A stretch of DNA of 64,000 bases from positions 87,172,001 to 87,236,000 of the forward strand of contig OX597814.1 of NCBI GenBank assembly GCA_951406725.2, given 5' to 3'. Each line of letters starts with the position of its first letter. The stretch's first letter is position 1. Source of the stretch: Octopus vulgaris (taxonomy: Eukaryota). A model generated the notes under the pieces. It had not been told where the DNA came from, searched no databases, and worked only from the letters and a program-made list of their open reading frames with translations. Both the position numbers and the translations under genes were made by a program. Shown piece by piece: positions 41,226 through 56,000 of the stretch.

Positions 41226-43280
41226 ATATATAAAACTGAAATGCGTTTTTACCGCTTGTCTCTTCTCTATATATAAAACTGAAATGCGTTTTTACCGCTT
41301 GGATCGCTTTCAATGCCACTACGACCCGTCCGATTCGCTCCAAAATTTACAGGGACATGTAGAATGAGGTGACGATGCGCGTGGGCTACCTTAGAAATTC
41401 CTATCTTAAAAGGTGTGGTTGCTAGGGGCCATCTTCTTCACTCACACTATTTCCTTCTTTCCCTCTCTTACTCCCCTTCATTTATAAAGTTGACAATGTC
41501 CACTCCCGTTATTTAATGTATTCCCCTCAACTCTCTTTCACTTTGCCTTTATAAGGTCGTCAGGCGGCTTTCTTTGATGTATCTGTTTGCATTCATACGG
41601 AGAATTATCATCGCCCAATTTATGTATATGTCTTCCTCACTCACTCACTCTTTTTCCTAATGATAATTATCATCGCCACCACCACCACCACCACCACCAC
41701 CACCACCACCACCACCACCACCACCACCACCACCACCACCACCACCACCACCACCACCACACAATACTCACTCTATTTCATACAAACGGCCTTCTTTTAT
41801 GTATCTGTCTGTGTGAAAGAGAGAGATAACTGAAATTTTTTACTCGGTTTTTGTAGTGCGTGCGTGTGTATGCATGTATGTGTATATGTATGTATGCATG
41901 TATGTGTGTGTGTGTATGTATCTGTGTGTATGTGTGTATGTATGTGTATGTGTGTATGTGTGTGTATGTATGTGTGAGTGTGCATGTATGTATGTACCTT
42001 TGTCTGTTTATGTAACGGTCTGCTATGTAGAAATGAGGTTGACTCAATGGAAATGCATGCATACACACACACATACATACACACACAAACACACATAATA
42101 CACATACATACACACACACACATAGATGCAGACCTATGTTAAAAGTGCTGGCAAGTTTGCATGACAACTATTTTTTTTCCTGAAATGAAAGGCGTGACCT
42201 CTAGGACAAAATTCCTCATCTTATAAAATGTGGCCCCAGTACACCCGAATGAAATCACGTTATATTAACCAAAATGTGAAAAGGGGTATAAATGGGGCAG
42301 GAAGGGGATTAAAATTTAAAGGAGCGGGTGTTTAGGAATTCTCTGTTACATCAAGCTAAAAAATTTGCGCCAGCCTTTTAATCGTCAATGTGTTGCCGTC
42401 CATGATGAAGAAGTTTTGAATGCTTGCCATGGTGAGTCTGCTGTTGTGAAAAAGAATCACTTCAAAACTTGGTGTTTAGGGATTTTCTTTTACATCAAGT
42501 TGAAAATTTTACGCCAGCCGTTAAACTGTCAAAACGTTGCTGTCCGTCGTTAAGAAATGCCAGCCATGCTGACTCTACTACCCTCAGATTCTATCCCTTC
42601 AAACTTTGGTTTCCAATATTTTATTATTTTTATTCACCTCGCAAGTTCCTCTGTCCCTTTTAAATGTTTGTGTTTTGCTGTCTGCCTTGAAGCAGACCCT
42701 TCCGTTGTTACTGCCTGATATTTATGATTGATCTTTCTAAATATTTTATTTCTCGACTTACTCAAGATATTTTGTTGTTTATAAATGGGAAAGAGATAGA
42801 TAAAGATAGAGAGTAAGAGAAAGCGAGGGAGAGTCCGAGAGAAAGGAAGAGTAAGAGAGTGGGGAAAGTGAGAGAGAAAGGAGAGAGAAACAAAGAGGGA
42901 GAATCATCATCATCATCATCGTTTAACGTCCGTTTTCCGTGCTAGCACGGGTTGGACAGTTTGACCAGGGTCTGGGAAGCCAGGAGGCTGCACCAGGCTC
43001 CAGTCTGATCTGGCAGTGTTTCTATAGGTGGATGCCCTTCCTAACGCCAACCACTCTGTGAGCGTAGTGGGTGCATTTTTCGTGCCGCCGGCACAGGTGC
43101 CAGGGGGCTGGCAATGGCCACGATCGGTTGGTGCTTTTTACGTGTCACTGGCACAGAAGCCAGTCAAGGCGGCGCTGCAATCCGCCACGTTCGGATGGTA
43201 CTTTTTACGTGCTGAAAGGAAGCAACAGAAAGTAACAACCACACTCTTACCCGCGCGTAGAGCGGGTCACCTTCAGCTAG

Positions 43281-43313
<33 letters not shown>

Positions 43314-45033
43314 GATGATACATATATATATATATATATGGAGGCACAATGGCCCAGTGGTTAGGGCAGTGGACTCACGGTCGGAGGATCGCGGTTTCGA
43401 TTCCCAGATTGGGCATTGTGTATGTTTATTGAGTGAAAACACCTAAAAGCTCCACGAGGCTCCAGCAGGGGGTGGTGGCGACCTCTGTTGTACTCTTCTG
43501 TCACAACTTTCTCTCCCTCTTTCTTTTGTTGGCCTGCTCGCTTAGCCAGCGGGGTGGCACCATTTGAAGGCTAAAACAATGCGAAGTGCATTGTGACCAG
43601 CGATGTGTAGCAACATCTGATAGCCTGGTCGGTCACGTGATCACATGATATATATATATATATATAAAGGAGTACTACATCAGTTATGACAACGAGGGTC
43701 CCAGCTGATAAGACCAATGGAACAGCTTGCTCATGAAATTAACATGCATGTGGCTGAGCACTCCACAGACGCATGTACCCTTAACATAGTTCTCAGGGAG
43801 ATTTAGCATGACAGAGTGTGACAAGGCTGGCCCTTTGAAATACAGGTACTACCCATTTTTGCCAGCTGAGTGGACTGTTTATTTCATATAAATATAAATA
43901 TATATATATTTTTAGTAATCTTAGATTTTATCTTTGTACTACGTAACAATATTGTTTATATGCCATCATCTATAGTACCCCATGATAATCTCCTCTGTAT
44001 TAACATCATAGGTTTTATTCACATCTTGCCCCTTTAACTGGTAATTAACATCTTGATTTGGGGTCTTCTCCTACCTAGCCTCCTTTATAGACAGTTACTT
44101 ATACAAATTCTAAAATCCTTACAATATCTATGACGATACCCAACTATAAACTGCGACTCACTCTTGCCCTTCATTCTAAACAGACACTGTCCTCTAGCCT
44201 TAGATTTAGTAGTTGATAAAATAAGACTAATAAATTAAAAATGAACCACAATGAACCAAGTAATGACCTCATTCTCATTGGTGTTGTGCAATAGGGTGAG
44301 GTCTGAGGCGTTTCTGATGCTGTTACAGATCTTCCTGATGAGCTGCTTAGTCACCTGGCTGATCTCAAACTTTACCAGGTATATCAGCCTGCATTTGGGT
44401 TAAGAGGCAAAGTTAGGCTTATGATCTTTGATTATTATGAAGACCACTCTTTTTGCCAGAGTCTCTATCCTATCTTCTATACCTAATTTAATAGCTATAT
44501 CTTTGGCCTCCTGGTTAATATAATCATATGTGTTGGAGGTGGCCCTCCTGTATGTTTGTGTGATGGCCACAGTTAAATGACTGGTACCAGTGCCGGTGGC
44601 ACACAAGAAAACCATCCGAACGTGGCCGTAGCCAGTACCGCATCGACTGGCCTCCGTGCTGTGGGCACGTAACAAACACCATCCGATCGTGGCCGTTTGC
44701 CAGCCTCATCTGGCACTTGTGTCGGTGGCACATAAAAACACCATCCGAGCGTGGCTGTCTGCCAGCCTCGTCTGGCACCTGTGTTGGTGGCACATAAAAA
44801 ACACCATCCGAGCGTGGCCGTTCGCCAGCCTCGTCTGGCACCTGTGTCGGTGGCACATAAAATCACCCACTACACTCTCGGAGTGGTTGGCGTTAGGAAG
44901 GGCATCCAGCTGTAGAAACACTGCCAGATCTGACTGGCCTGGTGCAGCCTTCGGGCTCCCCAGACCCCAGTTGAACCGTCCAACCCATGCTAGCATGGAA
45001 AGCGGACGTTAAATGATGATGATGATGATGATG

Positions 45034-45109
<76 letters not shown>

Positions 45110-46998
45110 TATAACTGTCCAAATGTGCTGAGTCAAATTGTTGTCAAAATATATGTATCTCCTGAATGTGTTGAATGCCACTTTCTCTCATTTGCTCACT
45201 TGTGTGTGTGTGTATATATATATAAGATATAAGTAAGTTAGATGTATGGAAACGATCTAAGGGATAGATGTATCCAGAGGCGCTCCTGGTAATTACTTCA
45301 GTATGGATGGTCCTTGTTATAAGGTATATAGTAGTGGTTAATTTAAAAGTAAACCGTAGTTTAATATATATATAGACGATAAGAAACTGGAGAAATAAAT
45401 AACAATGAGAAGTGGATCTTTGGTGTTATAAAGCCATTATTTATTTAATTAAGATGGGAGTATGATAGAGTAAATTTACAGCTGTTTCCATGTATCAGGC
45501 TGGGGTAAATATGTATTTACCTCATTGTAATTGATAGACATCAACAGAACGAAGAAAGCAAAGATAAACAAAAGGGAGTAGAGAGAAAGAAAGTGTAAGG
45601 AAAAAACAGGAAGAAGAAAATGTTCAATAATTTGATAGTCTTACATTTTAGTTAGGTTCAAAGTTCAATAAATCCGTTAATATGTATATTATGAATTATT
45701 ATTTAATTCCCAGAAATTGAAAATATTTTCAAATTGATTTTGCTGCAAAAGTTTTATTCACATTAGATTAACAGTTCATCTAACATAAATCACTGAAATA
45801 TTTTCCTTCATAGATTTTAATACATTGGAATAGGTAACAATGAATTCTTGCTAAAAGTAATGCTTAATATTTCCAGGAGACCAAGGTCGAGAATTTATTG
45901 TACTTGGTGATAAAGAGGTTGATTATGATGCAAACTTCCGCTTATATTTGAACACTAAATTGGCAAACCCTAAATACTCACCAGATGTGTTTAGCAAATC
46001 AATGGTTATCAACTATACTGTTACTTTGAAGGTATGTTTTGCTCTTTAAAACCATTATCTCAAATAATTAATAGCTTGGTAATGTTTCAGTTCTGTGTCT
46101 CTCCTTTTATTGAATACTATAAAATTTCTCATTTCTATGAAATATACCATGTTTCATTGTGGCCATATGTCCTAGGAAGATTTGTCCTCTTTGATAGAGA
46201 AGCTTCAGTTACCCGACAATCATTGCATTATGTTTTTCAGATAGGCATATTACTTCAACTACATCTAACGCCCTACTGGAAAATGGAGACCACCTTTACT
46301 TCAAAGGCTCTATAGTTTGTCTTAGGCAGAGGTGTCAGATTTGTTTACTTTTGTGGGCTGGATTGATGCCTAAACAAGAACTCACAGGCTGGATAGCGAG
46401 AATTATTCCTAAAAGCCCTATTCACAACATAGGTCAAAGTAAATGGATAAATGAGTTAATAAACATTATAACTTTATTAATAACTAGCAGTATAACCTGG
46501 CGTTGCTCAGGTTTGTTTTTTAGCTGCGCTTAAAATGGCAAACTTTGATGTCTGCCATTTTAACATAGTTTAACAAAGTTTTGACATAGTTTCAATCTTT
46601 TTTGAAAATAAAAATTTTGCATTATGTAGCTTGTTATTCTCTTTAAGTGAACATTTTTCTGGTTGAAATACACCGAAAAATGGCAACACAGCAGTCAAAA
46701 AATCATAAAAAATAGGGATTTTCATAGAAAAAAAGCACCTTTTTGATGTAAATAATTTTTGGTGTTAACATGGTCCGATTTGAATTTTTTCTTGTACGGA
46801 ATGAAGAGCAAGCCTTCTTCTATCATACTCTCAATTTTGGTCAACATGCACAGCAGGGTCTCGGAGGAGATAGTGTTAGTTGAAGGCTACCAAACCTGCC
46901 ACATACACACAGACAACTTCAGCTTTATATGTATAGATAAAGAAAAGAAAGAATAGGAGTCATTAGCAAAGTTTGTGTGGTGGTAAGTTATCCACATG

Positions 46999-47030
<32 letters not shown>

Positions 47031-50000
47031 TTATATATGTATAACTTAGCAGTTTGGCAAAAGAGATTGATTGAATAAGTACTAGTCCTGGTGTTGATTT
47101 ATTTTACTAAAAACCCTTTAAAGTGGTGTTCCAGCATGGCTGCAGTCAAATAACTGAAATATGTTAAAGAATAATAGAAAGAAAGAGTGTTTGGTATTAG
47201 GAAGGGCATCTAGCTGTAAAAAAGCCCTGCCAAAATACAGTATCCTGAGTAGTCTTCTACATGGCCGGCTCCTGTCAACCATCCTACCCATGCATGCATG
47301 GAAGTCAGACATTAAATAGTGACGATGATGATAATACAGTCTTATTAAATAAAAGTCCTTTGAGTGGAAACTGAGGCAGGAATTGTCCAAATGAATGCAT
47401 GCAGTTCTAAGACCAGTGCTTGATAATAAACTTGCAAATATCAATTATACACTAACATGCATATTCAATAGCAAATGAAAGTCATACACTGATGTATGCA
47501 ATTAACAGCCATACACAGACACACATACCTTACACCAAAGGAAAACTATACAAAACCTCAAAATTTTCATTTGGTCCAGTATTTGATAAATGCTGGATAA
47601 AGTGAAGTGCAAGTTGATTCATCTTTTAGTATATGGTTTTGTACGTTTTTTTTTTTCAAACTAAACTCAAGTCAGTTTCTGATTTTGGAGAATATTTTTA
47701 AATTTAAAAAAAACAAAAAAAAAATGATGGCAGTGATAAACATTGCTGTGGGCTGTACGTTTGATATCTCTGGACTAAGGGATGGAAAATATCTTAAGTT
47801 CCAAATATGCAAATATCTAACTAATACTTGCACTGACAAAATAAATAAGAAACAGTTAAATTTAAAACAAAAGTGAGTATTTTAGGAATCTTTAAGTGAT
47901 TGATAGTTACATTTCATACAGCAAAAATATTAATTACATTTGTGACCTTTACAAGCTAGAACCAAAATATTACATTTTTATTTCTGTAGTGAGCCAATCC
48001 ATTATATAAGATACTTTACTAACACTGATATTTCTCATGGCTTCTTTAAAACCTGCTATTCTTCAGGGGTTGGAAGATCAGTTGTTAAGTGTGATTGTCA
48101 AATTTGAAAGGAAAGAACTGGAAGAGCAGAGAGAAAGACTTATTCAAGTAACAAGGTGAGTATTCATTTTAATTTGTGAAAAACCAGTGTCCTACTCAGA
48201 GACAGACTTGAATCTCATTTGTTTACTATTAAGAAAGTCAAATTGTTTAAACTTACATGGTTCAAGACTGGAAAAAAAAACTTGCTAATTAAAAAGTTTG
48301 ATTAATTAACTATAGATATGCTTTACATTAACAGTGAAAACAAACGATTACTGAAAGATCTGGAAGATTCCTTGCTAAGAGAATTGGCAACATCTCAAGG
48401 CAACATGTTGGACAATGTTGAACTGGTGTCTACATTAGAGGAAACGAAAACTAAAGCAACAGAGGTCAGTAATTATTATCAATAATGTTTTAACTTTTTT
48501 TTTTTACTGTATTTCTGTTGAAATACATTTCCTTTATTACGGTTAATTTTGAAAATAATGAACACTTTAGTAAAATAACTTTGTCTTCATTAAATCGGTG
48601 TTTAGAGCATAGACATGAGATTTTGATGGAATTTAATTTTAGGAAGTTTGTATTATAGAGCCAAAGGTGGTTTCAGGCAGGTTGGTATCAAAAGGGTTAA
48701 CGCTTTTTCATCAAACTTGTATACAAAGGAATGCTGAAAGTTCCTGCTTTTGTGTAGAAGAAAATACAGGAGGATCAATTATGGTTTTATTCAACATATT
48801 CATTTCAGATTTACACACTTATTGCAGCAGTCCTTCAGTTTTTCTAAGTCCTGTAAAAGAACTCAGAAGGTTGGACCTCCAACCAGGCCTTCTGCAATAC
48901 CCTTTTAATAATGGAAGGCAAGGTTTATGATATCGGAGGAATATCAGAGATTAAAGCTAGTTATTTTGTAATATTTTGCTTTGTGCTGGTGGCACATAAA
49001 AATGCTGGTGGCATGTGAAAAAACATTCGAGCGAGGTTGTTGTCAGTGCAGCTGGACTGGCACCTGTGCAGGTAGCATGTAAAAAACACCATTTGAGTGT
49101 GACCATTGCCAATACCACCTGACTGGCACGTAAAAGCACCCACCACACTCTTGGAGTGGTTGGCATTAGGATGGGCATCCAGCTGAAGAAACTCTGCCAG
49201 ATCAGATTGGAGCCTGGTGCAGCCATCTGGTTCGCCAGTCCTTAGTCAAATCGTCCAACCTATGCTAGCATGGAAAGTGGATGTTAAACAACGGTGATGA
49301 TGATGATGCTCAGAACTATGATCTTTCCATGATTCCATGACCAATCAAGTACATTCCTGCAATATTCTGGTGAAATAAATGAGCTAAACTCACTTCTATC
49401 TACCAAAACATGAGTTTCTGTAATAAAAGGAAGTTAGTAGTTCTTGACTCATTTCTGTTATGATGACCATTTACTAGATTAATTCTGATTCCCAGTTACA
49501 ACAATCACTTTACAGAATTGCATATAAATTACTTCTTATTTCACCTCTCTTTTCAGGAAGCTTTTCCTAATATATTTCAAGAGTTCTTTTTCCATTCACA
49601 AAATATTTACTCTCTTATTATATCATTTTGACTGTACCAATTTTATTTGTTACTCGCATTTTATAATTTGTAAGGCTCTTAGTAGGCTGTAGGAAAGGCT
49701 TTTTTCCTCGGACATGATAAAAAATTAGAATATATATATATATATATTTATTTCTTCTTCTTAAATCTTTACATTCAGGTTATTGAGAAACTTGCTTTAG
49801 GAGAGAAGACAGCAAAAGATATTGATAAACTACGGGATGGTTATCGGCCAGCGGCAAAACGTGGTGCTGTCTTATTTTTTGTCCTGGCTGAAATGTCTGT
49901 GATAGACAACATGTACCAGTACTCCCTGTCAGCTTACTTACATGTATTCAGACATTCACTGAAAAAGTCCATGCCTGATGCTGTTCTGATAAAACGTCTG

Positions 50001-53000
50001 AACAACATTATGAACACATTAACACAGAATATCTATGACTATGGATGTACAGGTAAGAGTTATTTATTTGTCTTTGTTTTTACTAATTAAATACATCATC
50101 ATCATAATCATTATCAATGTGTCTGACAGGTGAACACTCATTAAATAATGCAATTTAACTGTCAAAAATCTTATCTGTAATACCTGACAGCTTCTGTTAC
50201 CTGGCCCATTTAATCAACAGTAGAGGTAATTGTTGCAGAGACATATTAAGTTGTCCCAAAAGTTCGTAAACACTTGCAAAAATTGAATTTTTACTCGCCA
50301 AGTACTAACAAAAACAACAAAAATTATTCCTCAAAATAAAGACCATTATTTTCCAAGACTTTCTACGAACTTTTGGGACAACCTTATAGTTGCCAGTGTA
50401 AGAACAAAGTGGAAAAAGTTCAAGTAACTATTACATTTGGGGGTAACAAACGGTTTCTTTTCTAATTGAAAGGCAAATTGAATGATACTTGTGCATAAAG
50501 TGTGGTGAATGTAGATGTGTGTAGGCTAGAAAGAAATGGGGCAAGTATATTCTGTTGGATATCTAATGTCAGCATGCATAGATGGTTGAGCAAAACAAGT
50601 TAAGTAAAGAAATGGGTATTAAAGGAATCAGATATAGCTGATTCCTCTGATCGTACTTTTATAGATATGTGTACATTTGAAGGGAGATAGTAAGGTGAAG
50701 AATTACTAAGCAAACCAAATAAAAGGAACCTGTTGAAGACTAAAATTCAAAAAACTGTAGGTAGAAGTAGTTAAGTGTGATTTGAAGATGCTGGAGATGA
50801 GGGCAATGACAGCTGATTGCAACAAGTAGTAAGATACTGTGTCATAGAAGACCCATCTAACCCATGCCTGCATTAAAAAATGGTTGTAATATGTTGATGA
50901 TAATGATGTTTAGTGTATGTAAATCCTGTTTAAAATAGGTATGGATAAAAATAGGACTTCACCTCCAAAATTGGGTTTAATTTTATTTGGTTCTTAATAA
51001 ATAACCATAATCAAGATAAAAGTATAAAAATGATATATTCTATTAAATAATGACAAATTCAGTTGGTATTTCAAAAATGGAGTCTGTCTTTCCTGCTTTT
51101 ACAATTTCTTTAGTACTTGTATTTCTATATTCAATATTTTTTATTAATACATTCAATATTTTTTTGTTGAATTACTTTAGGAATCTTTGAGAAGCACAAG
51201 TTACTCTTTGCCTTCCAAATTACCGTCAAACTGGAACAGGATCAATCAAAAATCCGTCAAGAAGAGTTAGAATTTTTTCTTAAAGTAAGACTTTTATATC
51301 ATATTCAAGAATCATTATATTGTAATATCTTTAATTACAACTGCACTCAATTCTTCCTTACTTGTTTCCTCTCAACTTTCTCCATTCTGAAATCATTGCT
51401 TCTCCCCAATCATGTTATTTTGTAACTTCTTGTTATTTAGTTCATCTTATCTCTTTCTCTCTCAACTCAAACTGATATTGCAGATACAGAACACAAAATA
51501 CTTGTCATCTAGAACTTTTTAAAACTTGCTAGCTCATGTCCCTGACTCACCCATTGACTTTCTGAATACTCTTTATCGCTTCACTCCAAAATTCTACTGC
51601 AATCGTTCTGGAGTCCATATGGCCCCTGAGGGTTCAAATAAGATTTTGGGGATTCCACATAACAGAATAGTAAATTGGTGATCCATAATAATATTTTGAG
51701 GGTCCCTGAAAAACTTTTACTTTAGATGTATGTATTGGTATGTATTGTAAGAAACAGCTAGGTTTCTTTCTCTAACATTCTACATACTTTAACCTATACA
51801 AGTTAACACTTTACACAGGTCAACCTACACAAGTTAATGTGTGAAAAACAAAATAGAAATTTTGAAAGAAGTTTCTATAAAACTAGCTTTTAAACATCGA
51901 AATGCTATGGTGGGGTCCACCAGAATAAAATAGTAATCAAAGGTGTCCATAGATAAAAAACATTTAAGAACCTTCATTCCACAGTTTTGATCCAATGACA
52001 TTTGCTAAACCCTTTCTAATTACTGATGTAGTTACTACCATCTATGCTGATGCTGACAACAATGATGATGTTACCAGATATTATAACTGATTTGTTTTTT
52101 TAAAGGGAAACATTGCTTTGGAGAAAAGTGCCAGAAAGAAACCTTTTCCATGGATCATTGATGAAGGATGGGAAGATTGTGTTCAACTTTCTGAAGAATT
52201 TCCAGAAAAATTTGGGGAGCTTCTTGATAGTATTGAGAATGAAGAGACAGTTTGGCAATCTGTAAGTTTAGTCAGACCAGATTATAGAACTTTTGTCTTA
52301 TGTATTCTTTTTATGTATTTTATAAAACTATTATGAGAATAAGGTTTCAGAGGAAGGTTAGGAAACTTTGTATTTAATGATGATATCAACAGCTGGATGT
52401 CTATATATGACCAGGCTTCACCATGGACCAAACAACAACAATAACAGCAGCAGTGGCACCGGCAGTAGCAGCAGATTTTTAAAGTTTCTTCATTTATATT
52501 TGTCATTTTTATTATTGATTTCTAACATTGTGAAAGCATGTGGCTTAGTGGTTAGGGCATTTGGCTCACGATTGTAAGGTTGTAAGTTCAATTCCGGGCG
52601 ACGCGTTGTGTCCTTGAGCAAGACACTTTATTTCACGTTGCTCCAGTCCACTCAGCTGGCAAAAATGAGTTGTACCTGTATTTCAAAGAGCTAGCCTTGT
52701 CACACTCTGTGTCATGCTGAATCTCCCTGAGAACTACGTTAGGGGTACGCGTGTCTGTGGATTGCTCAGTCACTTGCATGTTAATTTCACAAGCAAGCTG
52801 TTCCATTGATTGTATCAGCTGAGACTCTCATCTTCATAACCAATGGAGTGCTCCTTTTTTCTAACATTAACACAAAAGCCAGGAATTTTAAGGTTAGGAA
52901 AAAGTTAATTTAACATAAGTATATTAGTATAAGTATAGCTATTTTATTTACCCTGGAAAAATGAAAAGCAAAGTTGGCCCTAGAAAGAATTGAAATTAGT

Positions 53001-56000
53001 TAAATAAATAGTGTAAAATATTTAATCCATCACTGCTCTACCATCCCTGCCACTATACATTTCTGAACAAAGCCTGGTATGATTTCTTGATCACAAAAAG
53101 GATATATTAGAGTGGTACTCTGTTGACTTTTATAGGTAGAAATGATATATAAAATTTATAAGGAAGAGGTAAATGTGTTGTGATGTTCATTCTTTTCTAA
53201 GGGTAAGCAATATAAATTCTGTGCAAAGCTAGAACCAAGATTTAAAGCTGATTATAGAATATTTTACTTTTCAGTAGCAAACTTGTTGATGAAATTTCTA
53301 CTGTTTTACTTGAGACAACTTTTTAGAGTCAAATTAGTGATGCACTTGAATTTTCTCTTGGAGTTGCTTCCCTTTATATTTGTTTCTACAATAATTTCCT
53401 GGAAATTTACTTGTCAACCTCTGAAATTGTTAAGCTTTATACTATATAAGTAACAGTCATAATTCCTATATCATCTATACATCATGTTGATGTTCATATA
53501 GCCATGTAATATATATATACTGTAAAAATCCATGTAATTTGCGCACCTGTGTAATTTACGCAGGAGATTTTCAGGATAAAAATTGTTGAAAAAAAAAAAG
53601 CTTCTACTCGTGTAAAATTTGTACCCAAAAGTTTTGAGAATTGCTGATATGGCCAGGGGGAAAAAGTTTTCAATTTAGTTGTATTTAACATAATTTCACT
53701 TATTTATGATTAGATTTTATTAAATTTTCATTAAATAAAAATAATTTCTGTTTAACAGGTATCATATTGAAATCTGTTAAATTATGAAGTGTTTGTGTTT
53801 ATAATAAACATTGTTTTACATTTCTTGCCCACAAGAGATTATGTCTGATCTTTAGCATACTTCTGTATGTCTTCTCAAATCACAATCATAAGAAAAGTTG
53901 TTGATAATTCAGATCTATTCCATCTCATGCACAGATTTTTTAATTGATTGTTTTTAACTAAACACTTTGAAAGCAAAGATAAAAGATGAAAATAATACTG
54001 GGGCATTGTTTTGTACTTGGATGCCCTTCCTGCCAGCAACCATGCCTTTTTTTTCAAGAATGAGACTTTTTTTAGTCAACACATCTTTGAAGGTGTAAAG
54101 CTAGTGGACAATTTGCCAGATAAATGACAACAAACTTCACCACTTGTAGCTAAATAGTTTTCATGAGAAGTATTCCAATTGCTATGGCTAACATGCCTTT
54201 GACCATAAATTGCTTTACTCTAAAATACTTACACCCAACTGATTTTCTCTCCTTAAACTAATGTTTGCTTTGTGTTTCATATTTTATGAGAATTCTGATA
54301 GAAGTACCAGACAAGATACTGGGGGAGGTAGATGTATTCAACTAAAAGTCTGAAGGCACTGCTCCAGCATACCCATAGTCCTATGTTTGAAACTGGTAAA
54401 AGAAAGAAGAAAAGAATACCTTAAGTCCTCAAACTGCCACACTGCATTCTTTATGATATAATGCTGAATGTTCTTAGTGAGCAGTGTGTCCCTCAACTAT
54501 ATGGAAAGAGAGTATCTGGGATATAAGCTCTGAAGATTGCACTTAGTCACTTGACTGGTTACTTATGTACCATATACATGTGTGTATGTGTGTGTGTGTA
54601 TATGTGTGTGTGTATGTATGTATGTATGTATGTATGTATGTGTGTGTGTATGTGTGTGTGTGTGCGCGCATGCATGTATGCATGTATGTCTTTATATATG
54701 TGTTTGTGTGTGTGCATGCATATGTGTGTATCTGTGCTTACATATGCATATATCCCAAACTCACTCAGCTACAGTTAGCAGCATTGCTGTCAACAGGTCA
54801 TCAGCAATGACAGCAATGAGTAGAGAACAAGACATTCATCAATTTTATAGTAACAGAAGTTGCTTCCTAGCAGTGAGCATCCACTACTGCTCACTGCTAT
54901 AGAATATGCTTTTTTATGTGGTACTTGTAATTCTTATTTACAATTACAGTGACTTTAGAATTAAGTTTCTTGATCATAAACATAATGCAATTCAGATGAT
55001 GAGATGTGAACCATCAATCATTCAGATGACAATCTAATACCCTATTAGTTACTGTAGTTTTCACACTATAGCTTAGAAGTAGTGATCTGTTAGTGAGCCC
55101 AAATCACTTTTGAGCGTTACTCCACTAAACGTAGCTTGATTAGATACTTTGCATGGAAATTGTCAGTCCAATGTTGAGTGTGACCTAAAGTTCCAAGATA
55201 TAGGATATGTCAAGTTATGATCTGATCTAGAATCATACTGTACCCTATTATTCAATACTAATTAGTAATGTGTAGTGTTTCAATTATAGAGTACTTAATT
55301 TAGTTTATTGTCGTAGTTTTTTTTTTTCCTTTTATTTCTCACTTTTCCTATGTTAGGGTAATTATAATTGCCCTGGTCTCTGTCATTATATTTCTCTTTC
55401 TTTTTCTTGCAGTGGTTTGACCATGATTCTCCTGAGTCAATTTCATTTCCAGTACCTTATGATCATTCACTGGGTCCTTTTCAAAAATTAATGTTGTTAC
55501 GATGTTTCCGAGTTGATCGAATCTACCGTGCCATTACACTATATGTTACTGAGGTAATGGGAGAGAAATATGTCACACCACCCATTCTCAGTTTTGATTC
55601 TATTTATGAACAAAATTCTCCAATGTCACCAGTGGTATTTATCCTGAGTCCAGGTTCTGATCCAGCCAGTGATCTGATGAAACTTGCTGAAAGAATAGAA
55701 TTTGCAAGCAACAAGATCAAATTTTTGTCAATGGGACAAGGCCAGGAGAAAATTGCTCTTCAATATTTAGAGACTGCTATTGCTCGAGGTCAATGGCTTA
55801 TGCTGCAGAATTGCCACCTTCTGGTGCATTGGCTACTCAAATTAGAAAAACAACTTGAAAAACTGACTAAACCTCATCCTGATTTCCGTTTGTGGTTAAC
55901 AACTGAACCCATAGGAAGTTTCCCTATTGGAATATTACAGAGAACATTCCAGGTGTGTTACAAACCTCTTTTTATTGTTGATCATTTATAGCGTCATGTT

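Noticed and set aside
43340-43415. tRNA gene (also the heads at 25847, 52530, 62329 and 28594)
   Set aside because: A/B boxes continue into SINE bodies, several with TSDs; no complete cloverleaf or terminator.
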